DNA from: an uncultured bacterium
GTDB lineage: Bacteria > Auribacterota > Erginobacteria > Erginobacterales > Erginobacteraceae
Reading direction: 5' to 3'
Assembly (NCBI GenBank): GCA_963822585.1
Contig: CAWGIE010000026.1
Location: 32,001 to 96,000 of the forward strand
Length of the DNA stretch: 64,000 bases
Shown here: positions 37,896 through 48,000 of the stretch, piece after piece
Numbering within the stretch: position 1 is the first letter of the stretch
Layout of the letters: every line of letters starts with the position of its first letter
Notes under the pieces: generated by a model
Told to the model about the DNA's origin: nothing
Database searches by the model: none
What the model saw: the letters and a program-made list of their open reading frames with translations, nothing else
Translations under genes and position numbers: made by a program

Positions 37896-39152
37896 TTAAT
37901 CCGATTTCGCGGCTCGCTGGATGATGCGGCAGACAGCCCGGTTCCGTTTTCTTCTCCACCAGGAGTTCAGGTCGCGGGCAAGCCGCCGGTCGATCTCCGG
38001 GATTTTATCGGGGTGCTTCCGGATATATTTTTCTCCGGCCGAATACGCGGAGAGAATCTCGTCAAAACCGTAACGGAAAAACACCGCGGTGTCGCCGGCG
38101 ATCGCCACCCGGGCGGCGATGCTCCCCAGGCAGGCCGGCCCGACCGCCTGTTGGAAATAGGTATAACGGCCGGGGGCATGGTCCTCTTCCTGAAAGTGGA
38201 GGAAGATCAGGGCCGCCGCGCGCGCGTCGGCGGTGGCGCGGTGCCAGTCTTTCAGTTCGATCCCGAGGGCCTCCGCCACCGCTCCCAGGCGGTGGCTCTG
38301 TCCCGGCATTCGGGACCTCGCCTGGACCAGCGTGCAGTATTTCTCGTTGTTCAGCCGCCGTCCCAGGAGCTTCCGGGAGGCGTGGGAGAGAAAAGGATAG
38401 TCGAAATCGATATTATGGGCGATCAGGGTGTCGTTGCCGATAAAATCCAGGAAAGAAGGCAGCACCTCCTTCAGGGGGGGGGCTTTTTTTAGATCATTAT
38501 CGGAAATACCGGTCAAGCGCGTTATCTCGGCCGGGAGGGGGTGAGCGGGTTTGGCCAGGGCGCTATACTCTTCTCCCAAATGGCCGTTTCGGATTCTGAC
38601 CGCGCCGATCTCGATAATCTCATCCCCGCCGGGGTTTTTTCCGGTTGTTTCGAGGTCGAAAGCGACATATTTTTTGCCGAAATCTTTCTCCGTGGAGCGC
38701 TGTCGCGCCTCCCCCAGCTTGAAGACCAGCCCGCTCAACGCATACTGCCCCCCATCGGGGACCGAGGAAGAAATGGAGACGGATACGTCCGGGGAACGGT
38801 AACATAGTTCTTCCGGTCGCGTCAGATCGAGAAACGGCGGACCGCTCTCCTCCCCGGCCAGGAGCAGGGACCGGTTTTTTTTAAATATCCGCCGGAAAAA
38901 GGCGCCGGCCACGACCGAGTCCGGTGAATTCCCTTCCCGAATGGAGATTGGCCGCCCGGCCCCCAGCCTGGCTCCGATCGCCGACAGCATCCGCCCCAAT
39001 CCGGGGATGGAGAAGGGGGGGAGGAGTCGGGAAGGGGAAGCCCGTAAAAGCGTCTCTTCCGAGAAAGTGATCCCGGAAAGGAGAGATTTTATTTCAGGGG
39101 GCAGTTCCAGCCCATGGTGGATTTTTGCGATGACTTGTTGAATATCAGCCAT
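37896..39152 (-). CDS. DEDDh 3'-5' exonuclease (DnaQ/PolC-like) embedded in a degenerate RecJ-like scaffold
   Basis: ExoI 'FDLETTG', ExoII 'AHN..FD', ExoIII 'HRA..DA'; flanks resemble RecJ DHH segments. Confidence 0.8.
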   Translation of the reverse strand: MADIQQVIAKIHHGLELPPEIKSLLSGITFSEETLLRASPSRLLPPFSIPGLGRMLSAIGARLGAGRPISIREGNSPDSVVAGAFFRRIFKKNRSLLLAGEESGPPFLDLTRPEELCYRSPDVSVSISSSVPDGGQYALSGLVFKLGEARQRSTEKDFGKKYVAFDLETTGKNPGGDEIIEIGAVRIRNGHLGEEYSALAKPAHPLPAEITRLTGISDNDLKKAPPLKEVLPSFLDFIGNDTLIAHNIDFDYPFLSHASRKLLGRRLNNEKYCTLVQARSRMPGQSHRLGAVAEALGIELKDWHRATADARAAALIFLHFQEEDHAPGRYTYFQQAVGPACLGSIAARVAIAGDTAVFFRYGFDEILSAYSAGEKYIRKHPDKIPEIDRRLARDLNSWWRRKRNRAVCRIIQRAAKSD

Positions 39153-39222
39153 GTGGAGGCAAACCCCGAATCAGGAAAAGATGATAGTAACTGAACCCTG
39201 TTCGAAAAGGTATTGGACCGGG

Positions 39223-39367
39223 AAATCTTAAATCCTAATATCGAAATCCTAAATAAATTCAAGATCCAAATGACCAAATATCTAAATAACGCGGTGCGCG
39301 GCGAAATTGTTTTGAATTTATGATTTCGGCCATTTGATATTATTTAGGATTGAGATATTAGAATTTG
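39223..39367. repeat. AT-rich inverted-repeat element (AAATCCTAAAT family)
   Basis: aaatcttaaatcctaatattcgaaatcctaaata ... tatttaggattgagatattagaattt. Confidence 0.65.
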
Positions 39368-39412
39368 AAAGTTTACGAGCTTTTCTAATAAGCTCTCACT
39401 ATTACTTGACTA

Positions 39413-40234
39413 CTAAATTTCCTTTATAATCTCGCCGATCAGCCTGGCCAGGTTCCCGCTGGCTTTCGCGGCCGCCCGGGTAACCTCTTCGTGAGTGAGC
39501 GGTTCGGTCCGGGTCGCGCTGACCAGGTTGGAGATAAAGGTGATGGCCAGGAAACGCAGCCCCAGATAACTGGAAACGATTGCTTCCGGAACGGTGGACA
39601 TCCCGACCGCGTCCGCGCCCAGTTTGGCCGCCATGGCGATCTCCGCCTTGGTCTCGTAACTGGGTCCGGGAAAAGAGATCAATACCCCCTGGTGGAGGTT
39701 GATGCCGGCCTTCTTTGCCGCCCGGAGAGCGAGTTCACCCAGGCCGGGATGGTAGGCTTCCGACATGTCCGGGAACCGGGGACCGACACTATCGTCATTG
39801 GGACCGCTCAGCGGGTTGAGGAACATGAAGTTGATGTGGTCCCTGACCAGCATCAGGTCTCCCCCCGAGAAGTCGGGGTTGATGCCCCCGGCGGCGTTGG
39901 TGTTGATGACGGTCGTCACTCCGAGGGCCTTCATCACGAAGAGAGGGTACATGACTTTCGCCGCTCCGATGCCCTCGTAGAAATGAACACGGCCTTCCTG
40001 AACGACGATGTTCTTGCCCGCAAAAGTACCGAAGGCCAGCCGTCCTCCGTGGCCTTTAACGGAAGAGACCGGAAAGTTGGGGATATCGGAATAGGGGATA
40101 TGGATGGCATCTTCCAGCAGTTCAACCACCGCTCCCAGTCCCGAGCCGAGAACAATGCCGATCTCCGGCTTGATCTTTATCCGCGAGTGAAGAAAATCAA
40201 CCGTCTCCTGTATTGATTTTTTATCGACTATCAT
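39413..40234 (-). CDS. punA: Purine-nucleoside phosphorylase (trimeric type)
   Basis: 'LGSGLG', 'GRVHFYEG', 'TNAAGG', 'GPRFPDMS', 'GPSYET', 'VGMSTVPE'; RBS before ATG 40234. Confidence 0.95.
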   Translation of the reverse strand: MIVDKKSIQETVDFLHSRIKIKPEIGIVLGSGLGAVVELLEDAIHIPYSDIPNFPVSSVKGHGGRLAFGTFAGKNIVVQEGRVHFYEGIGAAKVMYPLFVMKALGVTTVINTNAAGGINPDFSGGDLMLVRDHINFMFLNPLSGPNDDSVGPRFPDMSEAYHPGLGELALRAAKKAGINLHQGVLISFPGPSYETKAEIAMAAKLGADAVGMSTVPEAIVSSYLGLRFLAITFISNLVSATRTEPLTHEEVTRAAAKASGNLARLIGEIIKEI

Positions 40235-40279
40235 AAGAACCTCCTCTGAATATAGTCTGTAACGATTATGTGAGTGCGT

Positions 40280-40371
40280 AATGGAGTAGTGGAGTGATGG
40301 AACGATGGAGTGCTGGATTCCGGCGCCCCGGCCTTCATCACTCCAATACTCCACTACTCCATCATTCCATT
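40280..40371. repeat. Octamer inverted-repeat element (GGAGTRNT family)
   Basis: aatggagtagtggagtgatggaacgatggagtgctgg ... catcactccaatactccactactccatcattccatt. Confidence 0.85.
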
Positions 40372-40379
40372 TTACATCC

Positions 40380-41555
40380 TCAGATCATGCTGATCTCGCC
40401 TAAGAAACTCTTGCCGGATTTCATCTTCGGCAATCCCAGGTATTCGCCGATCGTTTGGGCGATGTCGGCGAAGCTCCCCCGGGTGCCCAGGTTCACCCCC
40501 GGTCTGACCGGCTGACCGTTGACGAGCAGGGGGATATACTCCCGGGTGTGGTCGGTATGGACGGTAAACGTGGGATCGCAGCCGTGATCGGCCGTGATGA
40601 AGAGAATATCTTCCGGCCCCAGCGCGTTCAGTATCTCCGGAATCCGGCGGTCAAAATCCTCCAGCGCTTCCGCGTAGGCCCCGGTATCGCGGCGGTGTCC
40701 GTACTTCATGTCGAAATCGACCAGGTTGGTGAAGATCAGGCTGAAGCCCTTCTCCTTCATGGCTTCCAGTGTCTTGTCCACGCCGTCCATGTTATCCTCG
40801 ATACTGACCGTTTCACTGACCCCCTTCCCGGCGAAGATATCGTAGATTTTACCGACCCCGTATGTTTTCCCCCCGGTTTTGATGATAACGTCAAGAAGAG
40901 TGTCAGCGGGCGGGGTGAAGGAAAAGTCATGGCGGTGGGCCGTTCGCTCGAAACTGCCCGGTTTGCCCACGAATGGGCGGGCGATGACTCGTGCCACCCC
41001 ATGCTCCCCGGTGAGAAGTTCACGGGCCTGCCGGCAGATCCGGTATAGTTCGTCGAGGGGGATGATCTCCTCGTGGGCGGCGATCTGAAAAACGCTGTCG
41101 GCGGAGGTGTAGATGATCGGATACCCGGTTCGCACGTGTTCTTCGCCCAGGGCCTTAATGATCTCGGTTCCCGAGGCGGCGTAGTTGCCGAGCGTCTTGC
41201 GGCCGATCTTCTTTTCAAACGCCTCCACCAACTCGGCGGGGAATCCGTTCGGATAGACCGGGAAGGGGCGTTCCGATACCAGCCCGGCGATCTCCCAGTG
41301 TCCCACGGTTGTGTCTTTCCCCTGAGACAGTTCGCCCAGTTTTCCGTAGGCTCCGGAGGGGGAGGGGGAGGGGGGGACACCGCGCAGGGGGGCGATGTTG
41401 CCGAGACCCATCTTCTCCATGTTCGGCATCGTGAAACCGGAGACATTTTCCGCGATATGTCCCAGGGTATTCGCCCCGGCGTCTCCAAAGGCCGCGGCGT
41501 CGGGCAATTCGCCGATCCCCGCGCTGTCCAGTACGATAATAATTGCTCGTTTCAT
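40380..41555 (-). CDS. deoB: Phosphopentomutase
   Basis: 'LDSAGIG', '[10 protein letters not shown]', '[14 protein letters not shown]', 'NLVDFD..YGHRRD', 'TADHGCDP', 'HTREY'. Confidence 0.97.
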   Translation of the reverse strand: MKRAIIIVLDSAGIGELPDAAAFGDAGANTLGHIAENVSGFTMPNMEKMGLGNIAPLRGVPPSPSPSGAYGKLGELSQGKDTTVGHWEIAGLVSERPFPVYPNGFPAELVEAFEKKIGRKTLGNYAASGTEIIKALGEEHVRTGYPIIYTSADSVFQIAAHEEIIPLDELYRICRQARELLTGEHGVARVIARPFVGKPGSFERTAHRHDFSFTPPADTLLDVIIKTGGKTYGVGKIYDIFAGKGVSETVSIEDNMDGVDKTLEAMKEKGFSLIFTNLVDFDMKYGHRRDTGAYAEALEDFDRRIPEILNALGPEDILFITADHGCDPTFTVHTDHTREYIPLLVNGQPVRPGVNLGTRGSFADIAQTIGEYLGLPKMKSGKSFLGEISMI

Positions 41556-41580
41556 AAAGACGGCTCCGTTGGTTGAAAAA

Positions 41581-41691
41581 AATGGAGTAATGGAATAGTG
41601 GAGTGGTGGATCGATTCCCCGCCCGACCCCGGGGGCAGGAAGCCGGGGCTTTCTCCATTACTCCAGCACTCCAGAACTCCAGTACTCCTTT
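41581..41691. repeat. Octamer inverted-repeat element (GGAGTRNT family)
   Basis: aatggagtaatggaatagtggagtggtgga ... tccattactccagcactccagaactccagtactcc. Confidence 0.85.
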
Positions 41692-41755
41692 CCCTGCGTA
41701 ACCTTCCTGCAATGTCTACATGCTGCTTGTTTTTGTTACAGCGGTATCCTTTCCC

Positions 41756-43039
41756 TTATATCCTCGTCTTTACCTCTTCGATAAAATCCTCAACCTCCTG
41801 GGGAAGGGCCCAGTTGTAAATGTACTTCAGTTTACTGAGGAGACTGACGGTAAGGTACACCCCGGCGGCGTAACTGTGTCCGGCGATCCGGCAGGGCTTT
41901 CCCTTGATTGATTTCAAGCCCCGGAGAGCGTCAACTTTGAACTTTCTCTCCTTCCCTCCCCGGATGCTGAGACGGTCGTTCTTCAAAACCATGATGTAGA
42001 AATCGGGGTTGTGATACTGGACGATATCGTATCCGATGGAAGCGGGGGGATTGTGCCGGGCGAACTTCCGTTTCAGGTCCCCCTCCGCGTCGTATTCCTC
42101 CCGGAAGACCCGGAGATCCACGATTAGGAACTTCATCCCCGACTGGGTCTTCTCCTCCCGGTGCTTCCCCTCGGCGAACTTTTTGTAAATGACCTCCTCG
42201 TCCGCCATCCGCTTGATCTTAAACTTGTCGGCCACGGAAAGGGATCGGTCGGCGGCAATCTTGGTGATCAGGTCGGCGATCTCGCCGGCCGAAGGAGCGC
42301 TCTGGACGGAGAGGATAAGCAGCCGCCAGTTCTTTCCCCAGGCTTCTTCTTCCGGCTTGAGCTTGTTATTGATCAGGCGCATCAGCTGGGCGGCGTAAGG
42401 GTCGTCTTCGCCGGTGATTCTCTTGAAGACGATATCGGCCGCGTTCTGGAAGTGCGGGTTGACGATCAGGTCGGCGCAATCCCGTTCCGCGGTATCGATG
42501 CTCAGAGGACTCCAGGGGTGATGGTCGTACCAGTAAATCTTTACCCCGGCCTTCTGGAGATCGATCAGAGCGTCCTCGATATCGGCCAGGTTCTCGCTGG
42601 TGATCCCCACGTCCGTAATGAAGAGACGCTGGGGTTTATCCGGGTTTTTGGCCAGAGACCGGAGAGCGTACTGGATGCCGCGGGCGGTTGTCACCTGGAC
42701 CTTGGCCAGGGGAGAAAAGTGTTTGAGCAGCGCCCCCGAGATGATCCCGTCCCAGTCGTTATGGGTGATGATATGATCGAAGATTTCGGATGATCGGGGG
42801 ATATCCAGCTTGGTCAGTTCCAGCGAAGCCGGTGCCGGGGCTGCCTCACCCGCTTCCGCGTATTGTTCATCTTCGATATTTCCCACCTCCATCAGAGGGT
42901 CTTCTTCGTGCTCCTCTTCCGTCGCCAGCTCCTGCCAGTCGCCGGCCTTTTTCCTGAGCAGGCGGGTCAGATCGAGCGCGAGCAGCAGGAAAATGACGAA
43001 AGCTACTCCTCCGACTATAAACAGGATATGAGGATCCAT
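41756..43039 (-). CDS. DHH/DHHA1 phosphoesterase (NrnB/nanoRNase-like) with N-terminal membrane anchor
   Basis: 'HNDWDG', 'ITD', 'YDHH', C-terminal 'AGHSYAAG'; TM at residues ~4-23 followed by an acidic linker. Confidence 0.8.
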   Translation of the reverse strand: MDPHILFIVGGVAFVIFLLLALDLTRLLRKKAGDWQELATEEEHEEDPLMEVGNIEDEQYAEAGEAAPAPASLELTKLDIPRSSEIFDHIITHNDWDGIISGALLKHFSPLAKVQVTTARGIQYALRSLAKNPDKPQRLFITDVGITSENLADIEDALIDLQKAGVKIYWYDHHPWSPLSIDTAERDCADLIVNPHFQNAADIVFKRITGEDDPYAAQLMRLINNKLKPEEEAWGKNWRLLILSVQSAPSAGEIADLITKIAADRSLSVADKFKIKRMADEEVIYKKFAEGKHREEKTQSGMKFLIVDLRVFREEYDAEGDLKRKFARHNPPASIGYDIVQYHNPDFYIMVLKNDRLSIRGGKERKFKVDALRGLKSIKGKPCRIAGHSYAAGVYLTVSLLSKLKYIYNWALPQEVEDFIEEVKTRI

Positions 43040-43214
43040 GTGATCTCCTCTCTCTGGTTATGCTATTTATTAAACGTAGCGATTAAAAAACTACGAATTA
43101 CGCTCATTACACGAATATATTTTCCAATATCCCGGCAATGTTGTTTCACTGCTTGCATGCTCTTATTTTTTTGCCCCGCCACTGCGTACTTATCGGGGAG
43201 GAAAAAATAAGAAG

Positions 43215-44171
43215 TTATTCTTCGGTTGGCACGGGACTATCTTCCTCGTAACCGGTGGTCACCTCGTAAGTCTTGCCGTCGGTGAGTACCGTGATGTTTC
43301 CCTGGTAATCGGTCCGGTAGATATCGGCTCCGGTCTCCCGGAAAAGCTGTATCGGCCCCCAGTGGGGATGATCGAACTTGTTTCTCTTCCCGGCGGAGAT
43401 GGTGACGACCTCCGGGTCGCACAGGTAGTAAAAAAGCGGGCCGCTCGCCGTCTTCGAGCCGTGGTGGCCGGCTTTCAGGATCGTGCTTTTCAGGCGGGCC
43501 CCGGAGGAGATGATGACGTTTTCCTCTTCATGCTCGCAGTCACCGGTAAAGAGGAAGGAAACGTCGCCGTATTCCAGCCGGATGACGATCGAGTTATTGT
43601 TCAGGTCCAGATGCTCCCTTCTCGCTACCGGTCCCGAAGGGGCAAGCACCTGGGCGGTGACGAACTTCCCCCAGTCCAGGATCTGCCCGGCATCCGCTAT
43701 CTGGAAGGGAATTTTCTTCTTCTCGATTGCCGCTATGTAATCTTTATAGGTACCGGTCGTATGGACGATGCCGCAGTCGAGCACCATCCCGATCGGGAAC
43801 TTACTGTTTAATACCGCCACCAGGCCGCCCGTATGGTCGTAATCGGGATGAGTGGCGACCACGACGTCGATTTTTTTCACCCCCTGGCTCTCCAGGTAGG
43901 GGAGAACAACCTCCACCCCGGCGTCGAAGGGCGAATAACGGGTGGCCGACTGCCCCCCGTCGATAACGATGACTTTCCCGTCCGGGGTTTGGATAACCTC
44001 GGAATCGCCCTGGCGGATATTCAGGAAGGTTACTTTGAGTATATGCTCCCCTTCCAGGGCCGGAGTGGGGGATGGAACAAAGAGATACAACACGCTGACA
44101 AAAATCAGCAGAATGAGCACATCAAATCGTTTTAATCTTTTCACGGCATCCCCGTCATTGTTCACAGTCAA
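43215..44171 (-). CDS. Stand-alone ComEC-type MBL-fold nuclease, exported or anchored (likely start GTG 44144)
   Basis: 'QGDS', 'THPDYDHTGG', 'NNNSIV', 'FTGD', 'KAGHHGS', 'FDHPH', 'YRTD'. Confidence 0.9.
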   Translation of the reverse strand: MTVNNDGDAVKRLKRFDVLILLIFVSVLYLFVPSPTPALEGEHILKVTFLNIRQGDSEVIQTPDGKVIVIDGGQSATRYSPFDAGVEVVLPYLESQGVKKIDVVVATHPDYDHTGGLVAVLNSKFPIGMVLDCGIVHTTGTYKDYIAAIEKKKIPFQIADAGQILDWGKFVTAQVLAPSGPVARREHLDLNNNSIVIRLEYGDVSFLFTGDCEHEEENVIISSGARLKSTILKAGHHGSKTASGPLFYYLCDPEVVTISAGKRNKFDHPHWGPIQLFRETGADIYRTDYQGNITVLTDGKTYEVTTGYEEDSPVPTEE

Positions 44172-44225
44172 CCCGATTTATTTCCGTCGAAAGCCGGGCT
44201 GCGGTCATCGGGTTGCAGCGGCGAT

Positions 44226-44269
44226 AATTTCCGAAGCGCGCGGACTCTCGCCCGCGCGCTTCGGAAATT
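44226..44269. terminator. Strong hairpin downstream of comEA-like gene
   Basis: aatttccgaagcgcgcgg-loop-ccgcgcgcttcggaaatt. Confidence 0.55.
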
Positions 44270-44281
44270 GCCGATTGCGGT

Positions 44282-44560
44282 TTACTCAGCCGCCGCCGGG
44301 TTGCAGACCAGACCGGAGTCGATCATCTTCTGAAGGGTCTTCATCCCGATGCCTTTGACGCGGGTCACGTCATTGACGCTCGAGAAGGGACCGTTCTCAT
44401 TCCGATAATCGATAATCTTCTGGGCGGTCTTGGGACCGATCCCTTTGATGGCCGTCAGTTCCGACGCGGTCGCGGTATTGACATCGACCTCGGCCAGCAG
44501 GGGAGCGGCGATCGCCAGGGCCAGAAGAGCAATCATACTGCATGCAATGATTGATCTCAT
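44282..44560 (-). CDS. comEA: ComEA-like helix-hairpin-helix DNA-binding protein with signal peptide
   Basis: 'VDVNTATASEL..IKGIGPKTAQKIIDYR..NGPF.SV.D..RVKGIG'; RBS AGGAGG. Confidence 0.92.
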   Translation of the reverse strand: MRSIIACSMIALLALAIAAPLLAEVDVNTATASELTAIKGIGPKTAQKIIDYRNENGPFSSVNDVTRVKGIGMKTLQKMIDSGLVCNPAAAE

Positions 44561-44703
44561 ACTGGTTTTCCTCCTGTTATTTACGCCCTGTTCGGGCTTG
44601 TTTATCGTGCCGACACGGCACGCGATATTTTGCATATGGCTCGGCCGCGATCTCCCGGCCGGCAAACAATTAATATCTTTTCGTATGTCTGTTCTCTTTC
44701 CGT

Positions 44704-44985
44704 TTAGGGATTCCCGGCATATAGTCCCTGTTTTTTCAGGGATTCAATCATTCCCTTGTCCACCCCCAGGACGCGCCGCTGCAGGTCATCGAGAGAACGA
44801 TAAGGGCCGTTTGCCCGGCGTTCGGCAATAAACTTGGCGGCGATCTTGGGGCCGATCCCCGGCAGGCTCTGGAGTTCCTGGCTGCCGGCGGTGTTAAGAT
44901 TGACCCCGGACTGCGCCAGGCTCCTCCCGTCCGCCAAAAGGGCCGCCGCGATAATCAGCGCCGCAAGAATATAACCTCGTATCAT
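44704..44985 (-). CDS. comEA: Second ComEA-like HhH protein with signal peptide
   Basis: 'VNLNTA..QELQSLPGIGPKIA...IAER..NGPY.SLDDL'. Confidence 0.88.
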   Translation of the reverse strand: MIRGYILAALIIAAALLADGRSLAQSGVNLNTAGSQELQSLPGIGPKIAAKFIAERRANGPYRSLDDLQRRVLGVDKGMIESLKKQGLYAGNP

Positions 44986-45065
44986 TGTCGTGAATCGTTT
45001 ACCACTTTAGACGTTACAGTATGGTTTCTATTCTATTATATTTTCCCGGAGGGAAAATAAATATG

Positions 45066-48000
45066 TTACATCCCTCCGCCCACCTCCATCGCTTTCTCCA
45101 CGGTTTCGCCCTCCGCTCCCTCCCCGGGCTGTTCCAGGGAGGTTATCACCCGGTAGTTCTCCCCGTCGGTGATGACGGTGACGGCCCCCATCTCTTTGGT
45201 GTTATAGGATGCGATCCCCTGCGCCTGACAGAAGTCCCACGCTTCCAGAAACTTCTTGCTCGGGCGCCCGAAGCTCCCGCCCGGGTACTGGAAGACGGCG
45301 ACCTTCGGTTTGACCAGCTGCAGAAGGATAATGGGATCGAAGTATTTCCCCCCCTTTCCGAACTGCGGAGCCTGGTAGATGGTGGCTCCCAGGCCGCCCT
45401 TGACGTTCTGGGCCAGGTTGTTGGCGCCTTCATTGTCAAGGAGGCTGGGGAAGATGAAGGAGACGTCCCCGTATCGGAGGGAGACGACCACCGAGTTCAC
45501 CTCGTTGACGTACTTCCCGGTCACCCGTTCCGCGGGCGGGTTGAGGATGGTGGCCTCCAGGACCAGGGGTTTATCCTTGCCTTCCGCGCTCTCAACGGTC
45601 CGGATCTTCTCCGGTTCGATGATCACGATCCCCTGGTTTGCCGGGCTGACCGGAATATTCTGGGTCCGGGCCGAGAAGAGCAGGTAGTGATACTGCATGA
45701 ACATCTCATCGCCCCGGTAGAGTTTGTCATCGGGATTTTCGCTCTTGAAACCGATGGCGGCGATGAAGAGATCGTAGAGTTCCATCCGGTAGGCGATCAG
45801 CTCATCGATATCCGCGACCACCCCTCCCTGTTCATAAACAAACCACTGGAACTGCTGGGGGAGGTTGGAGACGAAGCCGTGATATTCGTCCGGAGGCAGC
45901 ACCGGGAGTTTCCACTTTTTAGCCAGGGCTTCCGCCTCTTCCCGGGTGAACTCTTCATCCGGATGGAGCCACTTCTCGGTGGAGATGATGGACTCGAGTA
46001 ATTTCTCATGCCCCTCCGCCTCCTTCTCCTTCAGAGTCTGGATGGCGTCTTCGGTGATCGTCATGGGGTCGTATTTCGGATTCGGTTCCCGGGGAAGGGT
46101 CTGGAGGGCGGCGGTTATCTCATCGTCGGGTATCTTCCGGAAATAGGTCATGAACTGCAGGGCGTCCTCCGGCTGAAAGAGATCCAGGAGGAGCAGCCGG
46201 TAATACCGCTCGGCGTCGCCTTGATAGGCGGGGGCGAGGGCGATGGCGAACCGGTTCAGGTTGATGTCATTCGGCCCGAATTCGGAAGGAGACAGGCAGG
46301 TGTAAAGGCGTTTGATATAGTAATCGTGCGATCCGACGATATAATTCAGCCCTCCCAGAACCCGGGCGTCGGGACTGGTGTTGATGACCGCGTCGAAAGA
46401 AACGATCTTTTCCGAGAGCAGCACCTCCTCGGCGGTCCGCTGTCCCTGGTTCAGATACGAATACCTTTTCTTGTAGAACTCCCAGCCTGCCGAACCCCCG
46501 TCGATGAGAACGTTGTCTCCATTGGGAGCCTCGATCAGGGCGCACATCCCGTCCTTCCATCCCATCGACATGAAGATTACCTTGAGCTCGGGGATGCTGG
46601 AAGAGATGAACCCCGTCGCCGTGAACACGATCCCGATCAAGAGGGCGCCCAGGGCTCCGTAAACCCGCAGCCGGCAGGGCGCGTCGGCCATGGATCTTTT
46701 TACCCGGACATAGGCGATCTTCAGACTGAGAATAATCTTTTCCCGGTAGATGAAGAAGGCGACGACCAGGTAGAAGACAACCAGCGGGATCGGCCCCGGT
46801 TTGGGAACCTGGGGATAGGGGAAGGTCCGGGCGAAGAAATCATCCATCCAGATAAAGAAATGCATCCCCACCCAGTTGGCCGCGGTGATGAGCAACCCCA
46901 CCGGCATGCCGATCAGGGGGATAAAGGCGATCAGGGTGGCCAGCATTCCCAGGGGGAGAATGATCCCGATCAGCGGGATGGCGATGAAATTGGCGAAGGG
47001 GGCGGCCAGGGACATGCGATGGAAGATGACCATGGAGAGTGGAACAATACTGCACTGGATGGCGACCTGGGCGGCGATGAAGGTTCGGAGCCATCTCCCC
47101 GGGATCTTGCTGAAGCGGGGCCGGAAGGGGATCACCTGCTGGATCAGGAAGGAGACCGGGATGGCGATCAGGAAGCCCCAGAAGAGCTTCGCTTTCAGTA
47201 CCCCCCAGGGGTTTCCCAGGTTCATGAAGATCAGCCCGGCGAAAACGGCTATCGCCGCGAAGGTGACCAGGCTGTAGAGGTTATTGAGCTTGAAGTTGAA
47301 GAAATCCTCGATCGGTCCGCTGAGGAGTCCCAGGAAGAGAACGGCGGAAAAAGACATCAGGAACGAGGCTGAGGGCAGGATCAGGGGGCCGCCGTAACCC
47401 GCGGGAAGGAAACAGATGATGACGATGGCGGCGAAGCAGATCGACATGATCAGGGATTTCTGGATGTTTTTGCCGAAATAAGTAAAGAAGATGAGCACGA
47501 AGCTGTTCATGGTGGCGGCCCGCAGGGTTGACGGGCGGGCCCCCGTTATGATCGTGAAGACCAGCAGGAAGAGCACCGCGATCGGCGCCCAGATGGATTT
47601 CGGGATCGGGGTCTGGTTGAAGATGAGGAGGAGCAGTCCGGCGATAATGGTCACGTGCAGCCCGGAAACGGCGAAGACGTGGGCGGTACCGGACGCCTGG
47701 GAATCCCTGACGATCTTGTCGGGGACGCCCTTCTTCAGCCCGATGAAGATGCCGGAGAGAAAACCCGATTCCGGAAAGGGAGTGGTCTGACGGATGACGC
47801 CCAGGAGTTCGTATTTGATCCCCATGCACCAGTTGATGAAGAAGTTGCCGCCGGAGGGCTTGATGATCTCGATGGTGTCGAGCTGCTTGGTGGTCCAGTT
47901 TTCCTTTCCCTGGATCCGCATCGTGGTGAAGGTGTTGACGGACTCCAGGTAAGCGCGGTAGTCGAAACCGCCCGGGTTCTCCGCCGGGGGAGGTGTCTGG

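Noticed and set aside
37896..39152. Replicative polC or canonical dnaQ
   Set aside because: No polymerase or PHP domain; flanks are RecJ-like and the context is salvage/uptake.
39413..40354. N-terminal extension of punA (MEYWSDEG...), and similar extensions on the DUF3006, comEA and pilin ORFs
   Set aside because: The extensions translate intergenic repeats or spacers; downstream ATGs, most with clear RBSs, fit family lengths.
45700..46260. Intein in ComEC
   Set aside because: No C/S start, HN-C/S/T end or LAGLIDADG motifs seen.
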